Of a stretch of DNA of 64,000 bases, positions 18,887 through 27,980 are shown in pieces (the stretch's first letter is position 1; each line of letters opens with the position of its first letter). This DNA is from Longimicrobiales bacterium (GTDB lineage: Bacteria > Gemmatimonadota > Gemmatimonadetes > Longimicrobiales > Gaopeijiaceae): NCBI GenBank assembly GCA_965204735.1, contig OZ242008.1:2048001-2112000 (forward strand). Reading direction: 5' to 3'. The notes under the pieces are model-generated. The model did no database searches. It worked only from the letters and a program-made list of their open reading frames with translations, and was not told the DNA's origin. Both the position numbers and the translations under genes were made by a program.

Positions 18887-21499
18887 GTGAGGGGCAAGCA
18901 AGCCGTCCTGCCCTGGGGGAAGCACGACGAGGAGTTGGGGCAATATCATCGGTTGGAGCACCACTGCGCGGACGTGGCCGCCTGCTTCGAGGCGTTGCTG
19001 GACGATCGCGTGCTGCTGGATCGCTTTCGGAAGGCGGCTGTACAGGCGGACGCCCTCGGCGACGTAACGCGGGCGCGGTTGACGGTCCTGGCGTTCCTGC
19101 ACGACTTCGGCAAGCTGAACGCAGGCTTTCAGTTCAAGCTCGAGTCCGACAGGACCGGGCTCCCGCCCAGAGCAGGGCACATCCGTGAGGCTTTCTGGTG
19201 TTTGGAGCGGCCAGGATACATGACGGCCTTGGGACTGGACGAGATGGCCCAGGCGTGGGGCTGCGGCCCCTTCGAACAGCTCCTGCGGGCGTCCTTGGCA
19301 CACCACGGAAGGCCGGCTGTCCGATACGACGGCAACCCCCCAGCCCTCTGGAGAGAAACCAACGGCTACAACCCCCTGGACGCCGCAAGAATGCTGGGCG
19401 AGAAGTGCCGATCCTGGTTTCCCACTGCCTTCACGGACGGACCGGAGTTGCCGGACGCTCCTCAGCTGGCTCACCTCTTCGCGGGGACGGTGGGCGTCGC
19501 GGACCAGATCGGATCGAACGAGCGGAGCTTCCCGTACGAGCCCATCCGCGACCCGACCTACATCGAGCGTGCCCGAGAGCTGGCCCAGAAGGCCGTGTCG
19601 GAACGGGGATTCGGCCGGGACGGCCGGTCCTCGCGGCTGGCGACGATCGATGTGGGCGCACTGTTCGGCTACGACAGGCCCCGACCACTCCAAACGGCGA
19701 CGCTCGATGCATCCCTCGACCAGAGACTCTTGATCCTCGAGAGCGAGACGGGTTCGGGCAAGACGGAGGCAGCCATTCTTCGCTTTGCCGCCCTCTGGAG
19801 TGCTCGCCGAGTGGACGGTCTCTACTTCGCGGTGCCCACACGGGCGGCGGCGAAGCAGCTGCACCGGCGGGTCCACGAGGCCCTGTTGCGCCTCTTTGGG
19901 GATCGATCGTGGAACGAGACGGTGCTTGCAATACCGGGATACCGGATCGTCGTCGGGACCACGGAGGGACGCCGGAAGGGCAGGTTTGAGGTCCAATGGC
20001 GAGACACGCCCGACGAGGAGACGCTTCGGGCCAGGTGGGCGGCGGAGGCGGCCCGCAAGTTCCTCTGCGCTACCTCTGCCGTTGGGACGGTCGACCAGGC
20101 CCTGCTGGCTGGGCTTCAAGTCAAATGGGCGCACTATCGAGGCGCGGCCCTTGCTCGCAGTCTGTTGGTGGTGGACGAAGTGCACGCGAGCGACGCCTAC
20201 ATGACGGAAGTGTTGCGGGGTGTCGTGCGGGACCACTTGGCCGTCGGTGGGCACGCCCTGTTGATGTCGGCGACGCTGGGTTCGGTGGCTCGCGTGGACC
20301 TGACGAGTGCGTCTACTGGGCGAAGGCGAGTTCGCCCGCCGGCGCGGTCGGAGGCCGAGCGGTATCCGTACCCCGCCCTGACACTCGCCGGCAACGAGAA
20401 GCCCCCGGTCGTCGACGCCATCGAAGACTGCGGCGTGGAGAAGTCGGTATCGGTGTCAGCTGCTCCCTTCTTGGACGATCCGGGCCGAATCGCTGTCGAG
20501 GCGTTGAGTCGTGCCCGGGACGGCGCCAAGGTCCTCGTCGTCCGCAACACGGTCAGGAGCGCGGTGCAGGTCTACGACGCGATTCGGACTCAGGGCGGAG
20601 GACATCTCCTGCTCCAAGTCGGCGGTCGGGAGGCGGTTCATCACAGCCGCTTTGCGGCAGAGGACCGGGAACGCCTCGACGAGGCTGTCGAAGGCTCGCT
20701 GGGGAAGTCGCGCCCCACCGGAGGGCGCGTGGTAGTTGGCACGCAGACCCTCGAGCAGTCCCTGGACATCGACGCCGACTACTTGATCTCCGACCTGTGC
20801 CCCATGGATGTCCTGCTCCAACGGATCGGTCGCTTGCACCGCCACTCCGAGAACAGGGACCGGCCCGACTCGTGTTCGACGGCCCAGTGTCTGGTGCTGA
20901 CGCCGGCAGAGGGCCTTGAGTCGGGCCTGGACGGACGCTTGACCCGATATGGCCTGGGGGCCGCGAGAGGCATAGGCGTGTATCGCAATCTGCTGGTCCT
21001 CGAAGCGACTCGCCGACAGATCGGGAGCGGCGCGGACTGGAGAATTCCCGCAATGAACCGGCAACTGGTCGAACGGGCCACGCACCCGGAGGTGGAGGAC
21101 GAACTGGCGAAGAGCCTCGGTAACCGCTGGATCACGAACGAGCAGGAGGAGTTCGGGCGCAGGGCTCAGGAGAGGCGGGTCGCCTGCGAGAACGCCCTGG
21201 ACCGGCACCAGCGGTTCGACGATGCCTTGGCCTTCCCGGGGACGGACGAGAAGATCGCTACGCGACTCGGAGAGGATGCCTGCCGGATCCGCTTGCCGGA
21301 TTCCGCCATCGGTCCGTTCGGGACCCGGGTTCGGACGTTTAGCCTTCCGGCCCACTTCTTCCGGGGCGGAGCGAGCCTGCCCAGCCGGGAGGAGGTGGAA
21401 CAGGCTTTGGTAACGGAGGTGGACGGGGTGCTGGTCCTTCGGGTGGGAGATCGTTCCTTCAGCTATGATCGTTGCGGAATCCGTCGGATCCGGCGCTGA
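18887..21499 (+). CDS. cas3: Type I-E Cas3 (N-terminal HD nuclease + SF2 helicase)
   Basis: HRLEHHCADV, LHDFGK, ETGSGKT, DEVH, MSAT, HHSRF, QRIGRLHRH. Confidence 0.95.
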   Translation: MRGKQAVLPWGKHDEELGQYHRLEHHCADVAACFEALLDDRVLLDRFRKAAVQADALGDVTRARLTVLAFLHDFGKLNAGFQFKLESDRTGLPPRAGHIREAFWCLERPGYMTALGLDEMAQAWGCGPFEQLLRASLAHHGRPAVRYDGNPPALWRETNGYNPLDAARMLGEKCRSWFPTAFTDGPELPDAPQLAHLFAGTVGVADQIGSNERSFPYEPIRDPTYIERARELAQKAVSERGFGRDGRSSRLATIDVGALFGYDRPRPLQTATLDASLDQRLLILESETGSGKTEAAILRFAALWSARRVDGLYFAVPTRAAAKQLHRRVHEALLRLFGDRSWNETVLAIPGYRIVVGTTEGRRKGRFEVQWRDTPDEETLRARWAAEAARKFLCATSAVGTVDQALLAGLQVKWAHYRGAALARSLLVVDEVHASDAYMTEVLRGVVRDHLAVGGHALLMSATLGSVARVDLTSASTGRRRVRPPARSEAERYPYPALTLAGNEKPPVVDAIEDCGVEKSVSVSAAPFLDDPGRIAVEALSRARDGAKVLVVRNTVRSAVQVYDAIRTQGGGHLLLQVGGREAVHHSRFAAEDRERLDEAVEGSLGKSRPTGGRVVVGTQTLEQSLDIDADYLISDLCPMDVLLQRIGRLHRHSENRDRPDSCSTAQCLVLTPAEGLESGLDGRLTRYGLGAARGIGVYRNLLVLEATRRQIGSGADWRIPAMNRQLVERATHPEVEDELAKSLGNRWITNEQEEFGRRAQERRVACENALDRHQRFDDALAFPGTDEKIATRLGEDACRIRLPDSAIGPFGTRVRTFSLPAHFFRGGASLPSREEVEQALVTEVDGVLVLRVGDRSFSYDRCGIRRIRR

Positions 21500-21565
21500 G
21501 GTCATCCCCAGGACGCTTTTAGCCAAGTGTCTAAAGGTGTGGTTTGCAGCGTCTGGGGTGTGGGG

Positions 21566-21594
21566 TTGACCTCTGCGAGCCGGTTCGCTATGGA
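21566..21594 (+). promoter_or_regulatory. Putative promoter upstream of the small ORF, mini-array and Cascade operon
   Basis: TTGACC (21566-21571), 17 nt spacing, TATGGA (21589-21594); the -10 match is imperfect. Confidence 0.5.
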
Positions 21595-21641
21595 TTCTTC
21601 ATCCGTTTCGGTCCCATAAACCACAGGGGGGAGAACAAGAG

Positions 21642-21890
21642 ATGATCGGCGAAACGAAAACGAAGATACCTGACGGAATCCGATTCCAGGTCGGGCTGGA
21701 AGGTGCCTATCGTGGGCTGGGCTTTCGAGCCGGACTGGGCGCGGAAGTCGTCCGCCATGACAGCGACAGGCCACGGCGCACTCCGGAAGGGCCGGAGATA
21801 ATCCCGTGTGGTGTGCCGCGTCTGGGGTCGAAGAGCCTCCTTCCCCGCCGGAGCGGGGGCACCGTCGCCACTGGCGGCGACCATGAATGA
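21642..21890 (+). CDS. Small ORF (82 aa) spanning the mini-array; candidate CRISPR-repressed peptide or leader ORF
   Basis: GGGGGGAG SD 8 nt before ATG; stop overlaps the cas8e start (ATGAATGA); no recognisable homology. Confidence 0.3.
   Translation: MIGETKTKIPDGIRFQVGLEGAYRGLGFRAGLGAEVVRHDSDRPRRTPEGPEIIPCGVPRLGSKSLLPRRSGGTVATGGDHE
21775..21864 (+). CRISPR. Cryptic one-spacer mini-array (CreR/CreA-like regulatory crRNA)
   Basis: Degenerate repeat 1 with stem CTCCGG/CCGGAG and 8-nt handle ATAATCCC; 32-nt spacer 21806-21837; repeat 2 TCCTTCCCCGCCGGAGCGGGG; spacer matches 21537-21559 (21/23) next to AAG. Confidence 0.8.
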
Positions 21891-23472
21891 CCTTCTCCGC
21901 GACCCGCTGATTCGGGTTCGGCTGGACACGGGCGTCGTCGAGGGGATGTCGTTGCCCGCCATCTATGCGGCCCTGGTAGAGGACCGGGTGGCCGCCTTCC
22001 CCGCTCTGCGGCCGCACCAACGCCACGGGTGGCACGCGTTCTTGGCCCAGCTTGCCGTGGTCGCCCTTCATTGGGCAGGACGCCGGCCACCCCCGAACGA
22101 GGCGGAATCGTGGCGAGCCCTGCTTCGGAGCTTGACCTCGGAGTGGGAGGCGGACGAGCCGTGGCAGCTGGTCGTGGAGAACCCGACGCGGCCCGCCTTC
22201 ATGCAGACGCCAGCACCCGAAGGGCTGGAAGCATACCGGAAACGGAGGGAAACGCCCGACGATTTGGACCTGTTGGTCACGTCCAAGAACCACGACCTCA
22301 AGCAGCAGGTCGCCGAGTGGGCGAGTCCAGAGGACTGGATCATGGCCCTGATCAGCCTCCAGACGATGGCTGGCTTCGGGGGCGCGGGGAACTACGGCAT
22401 CGCTCGGATGAACGGAGGGTACTCGTCGCGACCGTGCCTGGGGCTCGCCCCCAGTGGAGGAGGACTTGGGGCTCACGTGTTCTTCGATGTCGACAGGATG
22501 CTCCAGCACCGGGACCGCCTCCTGGAGGACTTTCACCACTATTACCAACCCGAAAATGGGCTGGCTCTGCTCTGGGCCGAGCCCTGGGACGGCAAGACCG
22601 CCCTCCGGCTGAAAGACCTCGACCCCTATTTCCTCGAAGTCTGCCGCAGAGTCCGACTGGTGTGGGAGGGTGGCCGCATGGTGGCCCGAACTGCGACCTC
22701 AACCACGGCGCGGGTCGCCGCCAAGACAGCCAACGGCAACCTGGGTGACTTCTGGACACCAATTCGGCGGGAAGACTCAGCGGCTCTCTCCGTCTCGGTT
22801 GTAGGGTTCCGATACGACCGCCTGGCAGACTTGATTCTCAGGAACCCCAAGCTCTTCAAGCTCCCAGCAGCCATGAAGGTCCCGGCCGGAGACGGGAATT
22901 CGTGCGCTCAATGGAAGTTGGTCGCCCGGGGGATGGCGTCCGGCCAGGGAAAGACCGAGGGCTACCATGAGCGGACTGGCGTCGTCCTCGCCGGCCGAAC
23001 GGCAAGAGCACTCATCGGCGGGGACACCAGCGTGACGCTCGCGAAGATCGCGGAAGACTTGATCAAGGAAATCGCCGAAGTCCAAAAGGCCCTTCGGTTC
23101 GGCGTCGCGACCGCCGCCAGTGGAGGCAAGGAGGCAAGCGAGATCACGAAAGCGGATCGGGAACAGGCATATCCCTTCGGTCGTCGGCTTGACGGCATCG
23201 CCGACGCATGGTTCTTTTCGGAGCTTCAAGATCGGTACCTCGCCACCGACGGCGAGCGGCCCGCCGTCCGGGCTAGGTTCGCCAGGTACCTCATAGCCAC
23301 AGCAAGGAAGTTGCTGAACGAAGCAGTTGATGCCGTGCCGGGCTCCACGATCCACCGTCACCGGGCGCGTGCCAGGGCGTTCCGCAGCTTCGAAGGCCAG
23401 TTGCGGCGCCTGGGCAGCCAGTTCGGAGATCAGCCCGAGATACTCGAACACAAGGAGGAAACCCATGACTGA
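21883..23472 (+). CDS. cas8e: Type I-E large subunit Cas8e (Cse1/CasA)
   Basis: MNDLLRDPLIRV, LRPHQRH, GAGNYGIARMNGG; first gene of the Cascade operon. Confidence 0.88.
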   Translation: MNDLLRDPLIRVRLDTGVVEGMSLPAIYAALVEDRVAAFPALRPHQRHGWHAFLAQLAVVALHWAGRRPPPNEAESWRALLRSLTSEWEADEPWQLVVENPTRPAFMQTPAPEGLEAYRKRRETPDDLDLLVTSKNHDLKQQVAEWASPEDWIMALISLQTMAGFGGAGNYGIARMNGGYSSRPCLGLAPSGGGLGAHVFFDVDRMLQHRDRLLEDFHHYYQPENGLALLWAEPWDGKTALRLKDLDPYFLEVCRRVRLVWEGGRMVARTATSTTARVAAKTANGNLGDFWTPIRREDSAALSVSVVGFRYDRLADLILRNPKLFKLPAAMKVPAGDGNSCAQWKLVARGMASGQGKTEGYHERTGVVLAGRTARALIGGDTSVTLAKIAEDLIKEIAEVQKALRFGVATAASGGKEASEITKADREQAYPFGRRLDGIADAWFFSELQDRYLATDGERPAVRARFARYLIATARKLLNEAVDAVPGSTIHRHRARARAFRSFEGQLRRLGSQFGDQPEILEHKEETHD

Positions 23473-24004
23473 CCCTGCTTCCATGCCGCTGGAGCGAATC
23501 GTTCCTAGGGTGGCGCAGAGAATCGCACGCCTCGGTCCCGGCCCTGCCGCGGCCTTGCGACGCAGTCCAAAGAAAGGGTCCGGTACGGCGGCATACTGGC
23601 AGCTGGTGGCGCAGTTGGAGCAGGACGGGCTGCGGGGTGAGAGTGAAGCCTGGAAGACGATCATCCAATCGATAGCCGTTCTGACCCCTCGCGGCCAAGA
23701 TCCCAAGAAGCAGTCGAGCCATGACCGGACCGTGCCGATGGGCGTGGCGCTTCTTGACGCCGGACTATCCGAACTTCGGTTGGCGCATCTGCTGAACGCT
23801 CGGACCGATGCGCGCCGGCGACTGATCGTTCGCACCTGCCGCAGGCTGGCATCCTCTGGACATCACCGCTTCGACCTGACGACGCTGGCTCGCTTCGTGC
23901 TGTACCAGAACAGCGACAAGCCTGCTCAGGACATCGCCAGAGAGTACTACCGCGCCGAGGCCCGGCAATCCACCCCACACCGGCAAGAGGAAACTTCGAC
24001 ATGA
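23465..24004 (+). CDS. cse2: Type I-E small subunit Cas11 (Cse2/CasB)
   Basis: GPAAALRR, LSELRLAHLL, IAREYY motifs; located between cas8e and cas7. Confidence 0.88.
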   Translation: MTDPASMPLERIVPRVAQRIARLGPGPAAALRRSPKKGSGTAAYWQLVAQLEQDGLRGESEAWKTIIQSIAVLTPRGQDPKKQSSHDRTVPMGVALLDAGLSELRLAHLLNARTDARRRLIVRTCRRLASSGHHRFDLTTLARFVLYQNSDKPAQDIAREYYRAEARQSTPHRQEETST

Positions 24005-25143
24005 GCGACACCCGGTTCCTTCAGATCCACACGCTCCATGGCTACTCGGCAGCCCTGCTCAACCGCGACGACGCCGGACACGCCAAGCGAATGAACTACG
24101 GCGGTGCGATCCGGACGCGCATCTCGTCCCAGTGTCTGAAGCGACACTGGCGCGTGGCAGACAGCTCGGACGCACTTGACAGGATCGATGGTGCCGTAGC
24201 TGCCGTCCGCTCCAGGGAAACGGTGACGCGGAGGGTCATCCAACCGCTCCGCGACCACCACGACGGCCCGGTGGTCGACGCGATAGAGGGAGAGTTTCAG
24301 AAGGCAGTATACGGCGAGAAGGGGGACCACAGGTCCAATCGCCAGCCGCTGCTCTTGGGCGATCCCGAGATCGACTACCTGGCTAGGGAAGCGCAACGGC
24401 TTGCGGAAGAGCACGCCGGCGACTCCACGGCCGCGGGCAAGGCCGCGAAGGCGTGGGTCAAGGATTCCAGGGCGAACCTGAAGGCCCTTCGCGAGAGCAC
24501 GACGTTGCCCGGCGGGCTCGTCTCGGCCCTCTTCGGTCGCATGGTCACCTCCGACCCGGAGGCGAACATCGACGCGGCTGTTCATGTGGCGCACGCGTTC
24601 ACCGTCCATGCCGAGGAGAGCGATAGCGACTACTTCACGGTCGTGGACGACTTGGCACGGGTCGAGGACGATCCCGGTGCGGACCACATCGGCGAGACGG
24701 AGCTGACCTCCGGCATCTTCTATGGCTATGTGGTGGTCGACCGGGCCATGCTGTTGGCCAACCTCGGTGGTGACGAAGCCATGGCCGGAACCGTAACGGA
24801 GCGGCTCGTTCACCTGATCGCCACGGTATCGCCGGGCGCCAAGCTAGGCTCCACGGCACCATACGGCTACGCGTTGTGGATTCTGATCGAGGCCGGAGAG
24901 CGCCAGCCACGTAGCTTGGCTGAGGCGTTTCGGAGACCGTCCCGACCAACGATGAAGCACGCCGAGAAGGCGGCTCGAGATCACCTCGCATCGGTCGACG
25001 CGGCGTTCGGCGCTGATGAGAGCCGGCGCTGGATGAGTGTCTCGGGACACGCAGATGTGCCGAAAGGCGAGAGGCTGTCGCTTCCCGACCTTGCCGTCTG
25101 GGCGGGCGGACAGATCGCGGATGCGACGCGGGACAACCGCTAG
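24001..25143 (+). CDS. cas7: Type I-E Cas7 (Cse4/CasC)
   Basis: LLNRDDAGHAK, RTRISSQCLKR, ALFGRM, DYFTVVDDL. Confidence 0.96.
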   Translation: MSDTRFLQIHTLHGYSAALLNRDDAGHAKRMNYGGAIRTRISSQCLKRHWRVADSSDALDRIDGAVAAVRSRETVTRRVIQPLRDHHDGPVVDAIEGEFQKAVYGEKGDHRSNRQPLLLGDPEIDYLAREAQRLAEEHAGDSTAAGKAAKAWVKDSRANLKALRESTTLPGGLVSALFGRMVTSDPEANIDAAVHVAHAFTVHAEESDSDYFTVVDDLARVEDDPGADHIGETELTSGIFYGYVVVDRAMLLANLGGDEAMAGTVTERLVHLIATVSPGAKLGSTAPYGYALWILIEAGERQPRSLAEAFRRPSRPTMKHAEKAARDHLASVDAAFGADESRRWMSVSGHADVPKGERLSLPDLAVWAGGQIADATRDNR

Positions 25144-25887
25144 ATGCGTTGGATGCATCTGCGCCTCGTCGGTCCAATGGCGTCGTTCGGCGGCGAGTCC
25201 GTCGACGCCCGTGGGGTCATTCGCGACTTCCCTGCCCTGTCGATGATGACGGGGTTGCTGGCAAATGCCCTGGGATGGACTCGGGCGATGGCCGACGAGC
25301 ACCAGGGCCTCCAAGATCGTCTCGTCTTCGGAGTTCTTTGGGAAGACGACGGAACCCTTCGTCGGATGACCGACTATCAGACGGCGGCGCTGCGCAAGGA
25401 CGATCGAGCGTGGACCACCCGCGGCTCCGTCTTTTCTAGGGACGGCGGGCCGAAGACCTACGACGGGTCGCACCAGCGCTATCGCGACTATCACGCCGAC
25501 CTGCGCATGTCCGTCGTGGCGCGCCTCGAACCCGAGGCCGACGATCCAACTCTGGACCAGCTTGCCGAAGCCGTTGCCCGGCCGGTCCGCCCGTTGTTCA
25601 TTGGGCGCAAGTGTTGCTTGCCGGCCGGTCCAGTGTTCTCTGGGTTCGTCGAGGCCGGCGACGTCTGCGCGGCCCTTGAGAAGTGCACGCCTGCAGACGG
25701 TCCGCCCGACATGGAGTACCGGGCGTTTTGGCCTTGGTCGGCGGAACATCAGGATCGGACGGTGACGGACGGCACTCGGGACGTGACTGTTCGAGACGTG
25801 ACGGACGAACGAAGCTGGCGCACTGGGCTCCATGGTGGCTCCAGACGCATCTGCGAGGGTAGGATCAAGGCGCGTGGAGGAAATTGA
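25144..25887 (+). CDS. cas5: Type I-E Cas5 (CasD)
   Basis: LRLVGPMASFG, GLLANALG, RYRDYHAD, PLFIGRKCC. Confidence 0.95.
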   Translation: MRWMHLRLVGPMASFGGESVDARGVIRDFPALSMMTGLLANALGWTRAMADEHQGLQDRLVFGVLWEDDGTLRRMTDYQTAALRKDDRAWTTRGSVFSRDGGPKTYDGSHQRYRDYHADLRMSVVARLEPEADDPTLDQLAEAVARPVRPLFIGRKCCLPAGPVFSGFVEAGDVCAALEKCTPADGPPDMEYRAFWPWSAEHQDRTVTDGTRDVTVRDVTDERSWRTGLHGGSRRICEGRIKARGGN

Positions 25888-25888
25888 A

Positions 25889-26680
25889 ATGGGCACGCAT
25901 ATGGTTAGCGCACCGATCAACGTCCACGCTCTGATGAAGTGGGCGGCGGGCCAGCGCGGACTCATGCGACGAGGAACGTTCGACGACGGATGGGCGCTGC
26001 ATGTGCTCTTGTCGGGCATGTTCGGAAAAGGGGCACTGCAACCATTCAGAATGTTCTGGTCCGACCGACGCCGCACCGGCACGCTCTATGGGTACGCGTC
26101 CGACGACGGGCGTGTCCTTCGTGAGACGGCCACCACGGTCGCACCTCCAGAATTCTGTTCAATCATTCGACCCGTAGAGATTCGCACCAAGCTGATGCCC
26201 CCAGCCTTTCGGCCCGGCCAGTTGCTGGGTTTCGATTTGCGAGCGCGCCCGGTTCGCCGAGTCTACGAGGACATTCGAGATGCCAAGCACAACAAGGTGG
26301 TGAAGAAGGGATCCGAGGTGGATGCGTATTGGCTGGATAAGCTTCGGAGCTCAAGGGGCGATGCTGCCGCCTCGCCCTCACTTCCTTCAGGAGGCGTTGC
26401 CCAACGTGAACACTGTTACCGAGAGTGGCTGGTTGCCCGACTGTCGAGCGCAGCCCAGGTGAAGGTGTGTCGACTCACGTCCTTCCGACGCGTCAAAGCC
26501 CTGCGGGGGCCAACGGTTGTGGAGGGTCCCGACGCCATCCTTCAGGGCGAGCTGGAGATTGGAGACCCTGTGCGGTTTGCGCAGGCGTTGCGACAGGGCG
26601 TTGGTAGACACAAGGCTTATGGCTACGGGATGCTTCTCCTTCGTCCCGCAAACCGGCGTCAGAGAAATGCAGGCACGTAG
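25889..26680 (+). CDS. cas6e: Type I-E Cas6e (Cse3/CasE)
   Basis: FDLRARP and C-terminal G-loop GVGRHKAYGYGML. Confidence 0.93.
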   Translation: MGTHMVSAPINVHALMKWAAGQRGLMRRGTFDDGWALHVLLSGMFGKGALQPFRMFWSDRRRTGTLYGYASDDGRVLRETATTVAPPEFCSIIRPVEIRTKLMPPAFRPGQLLGFDLRARPVRRVYEDIRDAKHNKVVKKGSEVDAYWLDKLRSSRGDAAASPSLPSGGVAQREHCYREWLVARLSSAAQVKVCRLTSFRRVKALRGPTVVEGPDAILQGELEIGDPVRFAQALRQGVGRHKAYGYGMLLLRPANRRQRNAGT

Positions 26681-26740
26681 TTGGTTCCGCCGCATTGCTT
26701 GGTAGCGGCCGGAGCCGGCGTAGCGTAGGGCCATCTCCGA

Positions 26741-27631
26741 GTGTTGCTGGGTCGGCTGGGGCTTGATACCGCACGAATTCCCCATACAGATCGCGCCGGG
26801 CTCTTGTGGCTTGCACGTGGAAGCCTGACAGCGAAGGACGGCACCCTTACGTTTTCTCGGCGAGCCCGCAAGACTCCCGACGACCCACTGAGTCCTGGTG
26901 TCTTCGCAGTTCCGTTCCAAAGCGTGTCTATGATCCTGCTTGGCCCCGGTTCTACCGTGAGTCACGACGCCCTCAGGCTCTTGGGGCGACACGGGACCGC
27001 GCTAGCGGCGGTCGGCGAGGACGGGGTTCGGCTGTATACGGCCCCGCCGTTAGTAGTGGCTCGGCGATCGGAGCTTGCCAGGCGACAGGCAGTGGCCTGG
27101 AGCGACATTGATACTCGTGTGGCACTGGCTAGACGCATGTACGCATGGCGTCTTGGGGAAGTTGTTCCGCATAGGAGCATAGCGGCGTTGCGCGGCATCG
27201 AGGGAGCACGGATGCGCGAGAGCTATAGGCTCATTGCTTTGCGGGTTGGAATCGAATGGAAGGGGCGCCGCTACGACCGGTCACGGCCGACGGCGGCGGA
27301 CTTGCCTAACCAAGCTCTGAACCATGCGGCGACCGCCGTGGAGGCGGCGGCAGCGATTGCGGTTACGGCTACCGCGACGATACCTCAGCTTGGATTCGTG
27401 CACGAGCATCCAAGTCAGTCTTTCGTCCTGGACATTGCTGACTTGTTCCGGGACTCGGTGACGATCCCCGTTGCGTTCAAGGCCGCGAAGAAGGTCGATG
27501 CCCAGCCGGCACTGAGCATTGAGCGCGTGACGCGCCGGGGAGTAGGGCGGACGCTCGCGAAGAGCCAGACGATTCCGAAGATGATTGCTCGAATCAAGGA
27601 CCTCTTGGCGTCCACGGAGCTACCCAGCTGA
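26741..27631 (+). CDS. cas1: Type I-E Cas1
   Basis: LLGPGSTVSHDA, LRGIEGARMR, NQALN, LGFVH, FVLDIADL. Confidence 0.96.
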   Translation: MLLGRLGLDTARIPHTDRAGLLWLARGSLTAKDGTLTFSRRARKTPDDPLSPGVFAVPFQSVSMILLGPGSTVSHDALRLLGRHGTALAAVGEDGVRLYTAPPLVVARRSELARRQAVAWSDIDTRVALARRMYAWRLGEVVPHRSIAALRGIEGARMRESYRLIALRVGIEWKGRRYDRSRPTAADLPNQALNHAATAVEAAAAIAVTATATIPQLGFVHEHPSQSFVLDIADLFRDSVTIPVAFKAAKKVDAQPALSIERVTRRGVGRTLAKSQTIPKMIARIKDLLASTELPS

Positions 27632-27924
27632 TGGCCATGACGGTGGTCGTGACGAGAGACGTGGAAGCCCGCTACCGTGGCTTCTTGGCGTCCGCGATGC
27701 TCGAGATCGCTCCGGGAGTCTACGTCGCGCCGACGCTGTCGAAGGCCGTCCGGGACCGCATCTGGGATGTCATGGAAAAGTGGTACACATTCTTGGGCCG
27801 AGGCTCGGTGTCAATGGCGTGGCGAGACAGTGCGATGCCCGGTGGACTCAGCCTGCTGTTCCTGGGCGAGCCGCCAAAGGAGATTTGCAACGCCGACGGC
27901 GTTCTGCTGGTGAAGAGGCTGTAG
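27631..27924 (+). CDS. cas2: Type I-E Cas2
   Basis: RYRGFL...LEIAPGVYV...RDRIW. Confidence 0.95.
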   Translation: MAMTVVVTRDVEARYRGFLASAMLEIAPGVYVAPTLSKAVRDRIWDVMEKWYTFLGRGSVSMAWRDSAMPGGLSLLFLGEPPKEICNADGVLLVKRL

Positions 27925-27980
27925 TAGGGGGGCTCATTTCTGGCTGATGTATATAGAGGAACGTGACAGCACTGTAAAGA
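27925..27980 (+). promoter_or_regulatory. Very short type I-E leader (56 bp)
   Basis: AT-richer gap between the cas2 stop and repeat 1, ending in AAGA. Confidence 0.6.
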
